Assembly: GCA_964454175.1 (NCBI GenBank)
Contig: CAYVSA010000022.1
Location: forward strand, 1 to 18,143
Reading direction: 5' to 3'
Source: an uncultured Pseudomonadota bacterium
Lineage (GTDB): Bacteria > BMS3Abin14
Length of the DNA: 18,143 bases
The translations under genes were made by a program, and so were the position numbers. The notes under the pieces are model-generated. The model did no database searches. It saw nothing but the letters and a program-made list of their open reading frames with translations, and was not told the origin of the DNA. Below are positions 1 through 6,391 of the stretch, in pieces (positions within the stretch are counted from its first letter, which is position 1; each line of letters starts with the position of its first letter).

Positions 1-491
1 GGCGGAGGCGTCCAACCGGCGTCGCCTGCGGGCTGCTGGCCCCCGTCCCACTGGGGAGCCGGTTCCTCGTAAGCCGGTGGTACTGTGCCTGCCGGTTCAC
101 TCCACTGCCCACCGCCGTCACCGTATTGTCCGCCGGAGGGTTCCTGCCCCATGGCTGGAGGCCAGTAAACAGTGATACTAACGACTGAGCCGAGCATTAC
201 GATCCCTGCGGCCCCCGGCTCCTGGTCGATCACCGTGCCCTCCTTGCCGTCGAGGTCTGCGTTGTACTTCTTCTCGTACTTTATATCCGGGGCGACACCC
301 GCCTGCTGGAGGGTTGCCAGGGCGTCCTGCTCGTACATGCCCACGACACCCGGGATGCGGATCATCTCCTCAGCAGCAGGGTTGTACCGCTGCTGCATTG
401 GGCCCCGGTCCAGGGCGCCGGCAATGACCGGCGCCGGCAGCAACAAGGCTGATATGAATAATAAAGCGGTTACAACCCTGCAATTTTTCAT
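1..491 (-). CDS. Exported PASTA-domain protein with G/P/Q/W-rich low-complexity tail (3' end runs off the window; at least 163 aa)
   Basis: Absent from the ORF track because there is no stop in the window; translated by hand. ATG at 491 with AGGAGG at 498-503. Sequence: MKNCRVVTALLFISALLLPAPVIA (signal peptide), then MIRIPGVVGMYEQDALATLQQAGVAPDIKYEKKYNADLDGKEGTVIDQEPGAAGIVMLGSVVSITVY, matching the PASTA pattern vPdvvG...A...L...Gl.....G.Vi.Q.P.aG..v..gs.V.i.v, then GGQYGDGGGQWSEPAG...PAPQWDGGQQPAGDAGWTPP. Confidence 0.85.
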   Translation of the reverse strand, partial: MKNCRVVTALLFISALLLPAPVIAGALDRGPMQQRYNPAAEEMIRIPGVVGMYEQDALATLQQAGVAPDIKYEKKYNADLDGKEGTVIDQEPGAAGIVMLGSVVSITVYWPPAMGQEPSGGQYGDGGGQWSEPAGTVPPAYEEPAPQWDGGQQPAGDAGWTPP

Positions 492-520
492 TGTGTTCCT
501 CCTGCATTTTCAAATTTCAA

Positions 521-1711
521 TTATCTGGTCCTCTTCCATGGCGAGGGGTTTACGGGTTTCGGCGTGTTCGGTCCCGGTTGGAATCCACTACCTGGTTTTG
601 CCGGAGCTTTCCTGGGCCTGAAGGTGGTTGGCCCTGCCGGTTTGCCCACGGGTGAACCAGCAGGCCTGGGCGCAGCTCCGGCCTTCTGGAGCCAGTAGTT
701 ACCCGGCCGGTTGACCATGCCTGTCGTTGAATCGTAAAGCTGCCTTTCCGTAAGTTTGCTGCAGCTGGCATCGGCGTCGTAGATCCTCATGGTGGAAGCC
801 TGGTAGGTGGCGTTGGCGCCAGGAACTCTGGTTGCAAGGGTGTGAAAGAGGTAATTTCCCGAGGAACTTCGCGTCATGGCCCCTTCGCTGCCGCTGGGTG
901 AACCCTGGGCAGTGAGATGCGTTGCCCGGTAAGTTACGCTTCCTCCGGAAGTAAAGATCTGGTCAAACTTCCAGCCTGTTCCTCTTTGTCCATTGTTATA
1001 GCCGGCCCACGTACCGGTTAGATCGCACTGGGCTGAACTTCCCGTGCTGCCCACACCACTTGCTGAACCTCCGCCTGATGCACTGCCGACACCACCTGTT
1101 CCAATGTTCGGGATCCTGAAGCCGCCGCCCCGGGAAGCACCAGCCGACGCGCAATTTACGGTTGCGGCAAATTTAACTGGTGAGGTATTTTTTGGTATTC
1201 CGCCGCCCTGGCCTCCCTTCCTTCTCATGTCGCGGAGGTAGGTCAGGTAATCTGCCGGCTTGTTCCATGCTGTCACGAGACCGTCCATCAACAAGCTCTG
1301 GGTTCCGCCGGAGACACTCTGGCACGCGCCTCGTATCTCGTCGTCGCTGAAGGGCTGTACGGTCAGGTTGATGTCGAAGTAGCACCTGCCCTTGCGATCG
1401 GGAAATCCGCTGAACCTGGAAAGAACAAGGCTCTCATCCAGGGGCAGAGGGTCTGTCCCCTTCAAGACCTCAACTGCCTGGATCTTGTTGCAGGCGTAAC
1501 TGGAACCGACCTGGGTTCTGTGAACGTCAACTGTTGCTGTTTTGGTACCGGTTATGCCCCCCTGTGCGTTGACTGTGAGGCTAAGTCTGGCCGGGTTGAC
1601 CCCGGCCCGGAACTTCGCCTTGGCGGCGATGGCATCGCCTGCTGAAAAAACAAACAGTGTGGCTGTAAATAATAGAGCAGTTGGCAGAGCTAACCAGTTC
1701 CTTCCCATCAT
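521..1711 (-). CDS. Exported hypothetical protein, two predicted domains joined by a Gly/Ser linker, Pro/Lys/Arg-rich tail (~396 aa)
   Basis: The ORF track gives 521..1756. Start moved to ATG 1711 because AAGGAGG lies at 1717-1723 and a signal peptide follows (MMGRNWLALPTALLFTATLFVFSAGDAIA|A). Six Cys in the mature part; linker GTGGVGSASGGGSASGVGSTGSS; second domain begins CDLTGTW. Confidence 0.8.
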   Translation of the reverse strand: MMGRNWLALPTALLFTATLFVFSAGDAIAAKAKFRAGVNPARLSLTVNAQGGITGTKTATVDVHRTQVGSSYACNKIQAVEVLKGTDPLPLDESLVLSRFSGFPDRKGRCYFDINLTVQPFSDDEIRGACQSVSGGTQSLLMDGLVTAWNKPADYLTYLRDMRRKGGQGGGIPKNTSPVKFAATVNCASAGASRGGGFRIPNIGTGGVGSASGGGSASGVGSTGSSAQCDLTGTWAGYNNGQRGTGWKFDQIFTSGGSVTYRATHLTAQGSPSGSEGAMTRSSSGNYLFHTLATRVPGANATYQASTMRIYDADASCSKLTERQLYDSTTGMVNRPGNYWLQKAGAAPRPAGSPVGKPAGPTTFRPRKAPAKPGSGFQPGPNTPKPVNPSPWKRTR

Positions 1712-1767
1712 TATTTCCTCCTTCTGTATGGTTGAACATCTCATTCGGCTGAACAATACAGCCGGGA

Positions 1768-2958
1768 TTACCGCAAAGTTAAACTAACCGAATCTACCCA
1801 GGCTTCGACCTCGGCCAGGTTAAGCCCACTGATGCTGACAGACTCAATAACCTCGGGCATCGGGTAAAGTTCCAGGAGTTCACTTTCGAACCTGTACCAC
1901 TTGCCGTCTGCAATTTGTGTCTGTTTCCCGGTTTTTGAACGCCCGGAATCAGTGGTAAAAGTGAACCTGTAGGCATTTTCCCCGCAGTGCTCCTGTTCTT
2001 TTTCATCCACGTAACAGATGCTGATCTGCAGGCTGGGGCTTTCGTCATTCTTTTTCAGGTCCCTGGAGGCCGGTCCTGAAAGCATCAGGTCAGATGTAAA
2101 CATCAGCGACTGTGCTTCCCTGACATACCTCTTTATGGACTGTCTGACACCGGCAAATTCTCCCTCTGCAATATTACCCAGGCGCAGTCCGTCCTTTCCC
2201 AAAGACACCTGACCGTTGGCTTTTGAGCCGTGTTCAGATGACATCTCTTCCCAGAACCTGAGGCCCCGCCTGAAATCACCGTTACGTATAAGTTCTCCCT
2301 CGTGTTCGCGGCGGCGATTCTCTTCTCTTTTTCTGTAAGGGTATTCAACTACGTACTGGACGGAATCAGCCTGCCCGAAGAGCTTAAGGTCCGAGGGGCC
2401 CCGAAGGTATGTTATCCCTTCAGCGGCCTGCCGCATGGGAGATAAAGAAGGTGTCGTCAGGTAAAGGAAGTACCTGAACGGCCCTTCCTTTCCTGAAAAG
2501 CCCTGTTTTGCATCGACTACGAGGAAAGCAAGGCTTCCTTCGCTGCGAGGAGAAACCGCCAGCCTCCAGCGATACTCGACCTTTTCGTAGTTGGTTCGCA
2601 GGACAGGCCCCATGGGGAACTTGTATCTTTTTGCCCCGGGGTCACCGGGCCATTGGTCATATAACAGTACCGAGGGTTTCATTGGCGAGTCAGCAGGATA
2701 GCGCAGGCCCAGGGTGTAGTCGGCCCCGGGTGAAAGTTCCAGGAGATAAACAGCCCTGTTGCCGTTACCAAAGGCACCCTGCCTGGAGAGGGCAGAGCCC
2801 TGCCGGTGACCTGCTACCCCCTCGTACCACTGGGAAGTTGCGGGCAGCATGACCACCCGCCCTCTGCCGGCCTGGTCCGAGCCCGCATTCGCCGGCAATG
2901 TCAATGTCATGGGCACGGTCAGCAAACCTGCTATCAGAACTGCGCAGATTCTATTCAT
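1768..2958 (-). CDS. Exported hypothetical protein with a probable C-terminal carbohydrate-binding-module-like (jelly-roll) domain (396 aa)
   Basis: Signal peptide MNRICAVLIAGLLTVPMTLTLPANA|G; charged linker RKREENRRREHE; then ELIRNGDFRRGLRFW, resembling the NLI.NGdFE.g...W start of CBM4/9-like domains, ending WVDSVSL like the terminal .DdvsL strand of such folds. Domain call is by eye only. Confidence 0.75.
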   Translation of the reverse strand: MNRICAVLIAGLLTVPMTLTLPANAGSDQAGRGRVVMLPATSQWYEGVAGHRQGSALSRQGAFGNGNRAVYLLELSPGADYTLGLRYPADSPMKPSVLLYDQWPGDPGAKRYKFPMGPVLRTNYEKVEYRWRLAVSPRSEGSLAFLVVDAKQGFSGKEGPFRYFLYLTTPSLSPMRQAAEGITYLRGPSDLKLFGQADSVQYVVEYPYRKREENRRREHEGELIRNGDFRRGLRFWEEMSSEHGSKANGQVSLGKDGLRLGNIAEGEFAGVRQSIKRYVREAQSLMFTSDLMLSGPASRDLKKNDESPSLQISICYVDEKEQEHCGENAYRFTFTTDSGRSKTGKQTQIADGKWYRFESELLELYPMPEVIESVSISGLNLAEVEAWVDSVSLTLR

Positions 2959-2985
2959 TCCAGGTCCCTGTTCCTTTTCAACGTA

Positions 2986-3675
2986 TTACTCATCTTCCGG
3001 CTCGTAATTCGATACTATCTGACCGATGGCGTCCTCGATGGCTGCCATGATCGCCTTGTCGATGCCGGTCTTCTTGTCCTTGGCCACACCCAGGTTGAGG
3101 CCTTTGAATTTCGACTTCTTGCCGATGAGGTTGCCAAGGCCCGTTGCGGAAAAGCCTCCCTCAGAGAGATTTTTTGTGACGTGAATGGAGTCGAGGACTT
3201 CGGCTGTCTTGGCATCCTGAACGCTTATATCCACCCCGATCTCGGCCCTCTCGCCGCTTTTCTCAATGCCCACACCCTTATAGGCTCCGGCGACCCCGCC
3301 CCTTGATGCCTGGGCGTTGGCCTCGGTAATGGTGACAACGAAGATGAAATCGGCGCCGATCAAGCGGGACTGGGCTGCGTCACCAGTCGTCATCCCCTGC
3401 TGGTTGAGCTGCTTTTCTGCGTAAACCGACTGCTGCCTGTCAAGGACCCTGAAGACCTTTTTCCCTTTTTTTATCAGGGTGGTGGTGACGAACTCCGTGT
3501 AGGGTGTAGGATCCACTTCCTGCACCATGCTTTTGACTTCGTAGACCGCTACGGTCTTTCTGTTGTCCGGCTTCTTTTTCCCCCAGGACCAGGCGGGCCC
3601 GGTGTAGGAAAACACCATACAGACCGCCATGGTCAGCAGAAGGAAAATCCGGACTGGGGACATTTTGCTGTTCAT
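2986..3675 (-). CDS. CsgG/HfaB-family protein (curli-assembly-pore-like fold), 229 aa
   Basis: AAGGAGGT RBS upstream of ATG 3675; signal peptide ending AWS|W. Motifs TVAVYE, FRVLDRQ..V.AEKQL.Q.G, RLIGADFIF.VTITE, AEIGVDI.V.DAKTAEVLDS and a C-terminal helix IDKAIMAAIEDAIGQIV match the CsgG-family pattern. No csgA/B/E/F are recognisable in the window, so no gene symbol is assigned. Confidence 0.78.
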   Translation of the reverse strand: MNSKMSPVRIFLLLTMAVCMVFSYTGPAWSWGKKKPDNRKTVAVYEVKSMVQEVDPTPYTEFVTTTLIKKGKKVFRVLDRQQSVYAEKQLNQQGMTTGDAAQSRLIGADFIFVVTITEANAQASRGGVAGAYKGVGIEKSGERAEIGVDISVQDAKTAEVLDSIHVTKNLSEGGFSATGLGNLIGKKSKFKGLNLGVAKDKKTGIDKAIMAAIEDAIGQIVSNYEPEDE

Positions 3676-3726
3676 TTTTAATTACCTCCTTGGATGATCA
3701 TGGTCTGCATTCAAACATATGACCCC

Positions 3727-4152
3727 CTATCTGCGGGGGTGGATATCCTGGGATTTTTCCCGGCACTCGAACTTCCCTGCGCCGTCGGATATGCAGTCGT
3801 AACCCTCCGGGATGAGACGTACCGCGCTGACGTGGACCTGCCTGCCTCCTGATGAGATGCTGTAAACACAGTAGAGGTAGCGGTCCTGGACCTGGGATTT
3901 TAAAAACCCGGCGGGCTGTCCCTTGTCGGACGCCTTCCAGTAGGTGGGCAGAAGGTCACCTTTCAATCCCGAGTAAGCGGTTGGACACTGCTCCTGGAAG
4001 GGCTGTTTTTCGGCACTCACAGCGCTCTCGGGGACAGCACCCTTCGCTGGAGTACTTCTCTGCCACCTGGGAGGGGCGGCCTGGGCAAGGGAACTCCCCA
4101 GGAAAACCAGTGCCATGCAAAGAGTCACTGACGTTTTTTTGAAACGTTTCAT
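3727..4152 (-). CDS. Small exported Cys-containing hypothetical protein (~141 aa)
   Basis: Signal peptide MKRFKKTSVTLCMALVFLGSSLAQA|A; four Cys in the mature region (QCP, YCV, YDCIS, FECR). The start is ATG 4152 (GAGAGG upstream) or GTG 4170 (AGGAGG upstream); the two cannot be separated from sequence. Confidence 0.78.
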   Translation of the reverse strand: MKRFKKTSVTLCMALVFLGSSLAQAAPPRWQRSTPAKGAVPESAVSAEKQPFQEQCPTAYSGLKGDLLPTYWKASDKGQPAGFLKSQVQDRYLYCVYSISSGGRQVHVSAVRLIPEGYDCISDGAGKFECREKSQDIHPRR

Positions 4153-4209
4153 CTGAATACAACCTCTCACAGTGAATAAACCTCCTCAGGAATCAACGGT
4201 GACAAGGCC

Positions 4210-5007
4210 TCATCGAGTCGCACTCTGAAGAAGTCCGATATCGGCGTGCTCTGACAGATAGTCCTCCACCGGCTGCCTCTTCCCGGACAATGCCAGGTGA
4301 ATGCCGCCGATGACGTCATAGGGCACATCAGGCCGGATCAGGCTCCAGTTCTTTATGAAATCCTCCACTCTCCAGTTACCTATAAGAAGTATCTTCGAGA
4401 CCGTCTCACGTTCGGTCCCCTTGCCATTCACTACCTCGAAAGTTTTCGTTGTGTGCGGCAGGGCAGCGATGTCGAATTTTTTACCGATTACCTTTCGCTT
4501 GTCGTTCACGCTGAATTTGGCGATCATCCGGAGCGGTTTCGGGGCTTTCCTGGCCTCTTCCATCAGTTTTCGCTGCTTATCCAGGCTTTCAGAAATAAAC
4601 TTCTGCATCTCGTTCTGAAGCCGGCTCATTTCAGCTATATCTCCACGTTTGGAGGCTTCCATGACCTTATCTTCAAGCACTTTCTGTTTTTTGCCCATCT
4701 CCTCTTTTACGCGGTCCAGCTCGGTGATCTCGGTGAACTTGAGCTGTCCGAGGTAGCGAACAGGATTTTTTTCGAAGCCTTCACAGACAGTTTCAGGAAC
4801 GTGCATCCAGGAATCTCTCCTTCGCCATCCTTCCGGGGCCGGGAGGGCCTTATCAGCAGCGGTTTTTATCTGCTCGTAGAAAGCCTTCTCGCCGGAGGTC
4901 AGGGCTCGTTTCACGCAGCCGGCCCGGCCCGGCTGCGGCCAGGACCAGGCCAGGATAAGCGCCAGAATAAAAACTGCTCGGGTAACGAGTATGCTCCTGC
5001 CAACCAT
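4210..5007 (-). CDS. Exported hypothetical protein with a central helical/coiled-coil insert (~265 aa)
   Basis: The ORF track gives 4210..5016. ATG 5007 is preferred because GAGGTG, overlapping the upstream stop, lies 6 nt before it. Hydrophobic signal segment AVFILALILAWSW; charged helical stretch ELDRVKEEMGKKQKVLEDKVMEASKRGDIAEMSRLQNEMQ. Confidence 0.8.
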   Translation of the reverse strand: MVGRSILVTRAVFILALILAWSWPQPGRAGCVKRALTSGEKAFYEQIKTAADKALPAPEGWRRRDSWMHVPETVCEGFEKNPVRYLGQLKFTEITELDRVKEEMGKKQKVLEDKVMEASKRGDIAEMSRLQNEMQKFISESLDKQRKLMEEARKAPKPLRMIAKFSVNDKRKVIGKKFDIAALPHTTKTFEVVNGKGTERETVSKILLIGNWRVEDFIKNWSLIRPDVPYDVIGGIHLALSGKRQPVEDYLSEHADIGLLQSATR

Positions 5008-5017
5008 GGTCATCACC

Positions 5018-5548
5018 TCACATGAGGGGCTTGAGGCTATAAGTGATTATCGTTTTGTAGCCGCTGACGTCGAACATCATCTCGATGAATCCGGTGTCGC
5101 CCTCTTTTTCGATCTTGCTGAGGGTTATATAGATCGTTTTCATCAGGTCGAAGGCGTCCACCTGCTTTTTGTCGGTCTTGACGAAAACACCCACTTCCCC
5201 CAAGACGGCGTTGGCCACGTTGGGGGCATAGAGCCAACCCGCACCCAGTTTCTCTTTGTACCAGGCGATGACTTTGTCGGGGCTGTCCTTAGACAGAAGC
5301 TGGAGCGAACTGAGCACGCCGTTGGACTTGCCACTCATGCCGTACCGGGAGTCCGGGTAGGCTGGCAGGCTCACCTGCTCGGCGGTGGGGAGCTGCTTTT
5401 CCACGTCGGCGATGGTTTTTCCCTCCGCCGCGAAGGCTTTCTTGCCGTAATCCTTGAGCGGCAACATCGGCGCGATGGGCCCGGCGGCAACGGCGGCCGC
5501 CCAGGACAGGATGAAACTGACCGCAAGAATAAAAACAGATCTTTTCAT
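5018..5548 (-). CDS. Exported hypothetical protein, first gene of the exported-protein operon (176 aa)
   Basis: The track start at 5707 runs through repeat DNA. The likely start is ATG 5548 with GGAGG 7 nt upstream, giving signal peptide MKRSVFILAVSFILSWAAAVAA|G. Contains LPAYPDS...SKDSPDKVIAWYKEKLGAGW, a pattern common in small envelope proteins of unknown function. Confidence 0.82.
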   Translation of the reverse strand: MKRSVFILAVSFILSWAAAVAAGPIAPMLPLKDYGKKAFAAEGKTIADVEKQLPTAEQVSLPAYPDSRYGMSGKSNGVLSSLQLLSKDSPDKVIAWYKEKLGAGWLYAPNVANAVLGEVGVFVKTDKKQVDAFDLMKTIYITLSKIEKEGDTGFIEMMFDVSGYKTIITYSLKPLM

Positions 5549-5595
5549 GGTTTTCCTCCAGCTATGGGGTGTCGTTGGAAATCTCCCTGTTTTCA

Positions 5596-5638
5596 AGATT
5601 AGCCGTGGATGACAAGGCGCAACACCCCCGATTGGGGG
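5596..5638 (-). promoter_or_regulatory. Putative activator-dependent promoter of the exported-protein operon: -10 TAATCT plus CCCCC-GATT-GGGGG palindrome
   Basis: Minus-strand TAATCT at 5601-5596. No good -35 at 16-18 bp spacing. Inverted repeat CCCCC (5625-5629) GATT GGGGG (5634-5638) centred about -42 relative to the inferred start, the usual class II activator position. The function is inferred. Confidence 0.5.
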
Positions 5639-5669
5639 GGGAGTACGGGGTGAGGGAGTACGGGGGTGT
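5639..5669. repeat. Tandem 15-bp-period G-rich direct repeat (GGGAGTACGGGG x2)
   Basis: GGGAGTACGGGG at 5639-5650 and at 5654-5665. The end of the second copy, CGGGGGTGT (5661-5669), is also the reverse complement of ACACCCCCG (5622-5630). Confidence 0.85.
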
Positions 5670-5675
5670 AGGCGT

Positions 5676-5747
5676 ATGGAACCTGGAACTCCAACCACCT
5701 GGGTCATGGGTCGTGGGTCTTGGGACTGAATAATGGAACCTGGAACT
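5676..5747. repeat. Heptamer-based repeat block: ATGGAACCTGGAACT x2 flanking TGGGTCN x3 plus TGGGACT
   Basis: Identical 15-mers at 5676-5690 and 5733-5747, each built from TGGAACC/TGGAACT. TGGGTCA TGGGTCG TGGGTCT TGGGACT at 5700-5727. Confidence 0.9.
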
Positions 5748-5749
5748 AA

Positions 5750-6391
5750 TTAATACGGATCAATGAGACCGAGCCTGAGGCCCTCATAGACGGCTTCGGC
5801 ACGGCTGGAGACGTTGAGCTTCTGGTAGATGGTCTTTGTATAACTGGCCACTGTATTTGTTGTCAGTCCGAGAAGCTTTGCGACCTCCGGGCGGGAAAAG
5901 CCTTTAGCTATCAGTTGAAGGACGTCGTTCTCCCGGGGAGTCAAGGGCTCATATTCTTCCGTGCCCTTCTCGTTGAGGGAGAAGTACTCCAGTATACGGC
6001 GGGCTACACCAGGAGAGAGGGGAGGCTGTCCCTCAAGGACTGCCCGCAGCTGCTGTATCTGTGTCTTCCGCGGCTGATCCTTGATCAGGTAACCCCTGGC
6101 GCCGGCCTGTAGAGCTGTAAATATATGTGCGTCATCGTCGAATATCGTTGTTATTACACAGTATGTTTCAGGGCAGGATGTACCCATATCTCTTACCAGG
6201 TCGATACCCGAGCCGTCCGGAAGGTTAATGTCCACAAGGGCAAGGGCAAATGTCTGCTCAGCCAGCTGGGCCCTGGCTTCCTCGAGGGTAGATGCTCCTG
6301 TCGCCACGGCCTCCTGAAACGCCTTGCCGATGTTCTCTGTCCACCAGTTTCTTGTCTCGTTGTGATCCTCGACTATGAGGACTGTTTTCAT
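5750..6391 (-). CDS. NarL/FixJ-family DNA-binding response regulator (REC + LuxR-type HTH), 213 aa
   Basis: VLIVEDH, phospho-acceptor VDINLPDGSG, ITT, GARGYLIKD; C-terminal LTPRENDVLQLIAKG...TVASYTKTIYQKLNVSSRAEA. ATG directly follows the kinase stop (TGA-ATG). Confidence 0.95.
   Translation of the reverse strand: MKTVLIVEDHNETRNWWTENIGKAFQEAVATGASTLEEARAQLAEQTFALALVDINLPDGSGIDLVRDMGTSCPETYCVITTIFDDDAHIFTALQAGARGYLIKDQPRKTQIQQLRAVLEGQPPLSPGVARRILEYFSLNEKGTEEYEPLTPRENDVLQLIAKGFSRPEVAKLLGLTTNTVASYTKTIYQKLNVSSRAEAVYEGLRLGLIDPY

Noticed and set aside
172-621. 149-aa + strand ORF in the track
   Set aside because: Antisense shadow of the PASTA-protein gene (1-491, minus strand), which has an RBS, signal peptide and recognisable domain.
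2986-3675. Calling the locus a curli (csg) operon
   Set aside because: No curlin repeats (N/Q-x4-Q-x-G-x-x-N) and no CsgE/CsgF-like ORFs were recognised within the window.
4210-5007. Lipoprotein call from ...GRAGC
   Set aside because: The Cys is separated from the hydrophobic core by WPQPGR and the -3 residue is Arg, so it is not a convincing lipobox; SPase I cleavage is more likely.
5549-5707. 53-aa N-terminal extension of the 5018..5707 ORF
   Set aside because: It is a translation of promoter/repeat DNA (PRTPSPRTPPP). The RBS and signal peptide point to ATG 5548.
5676-5747. Possible mini-CRISPR (two identical repeats with a 42-bp spacer)
   Set aside because: The repeats are only 15 bp and are themselves heptamer dimers, the spacer is repetitive, and no cas genes are present.
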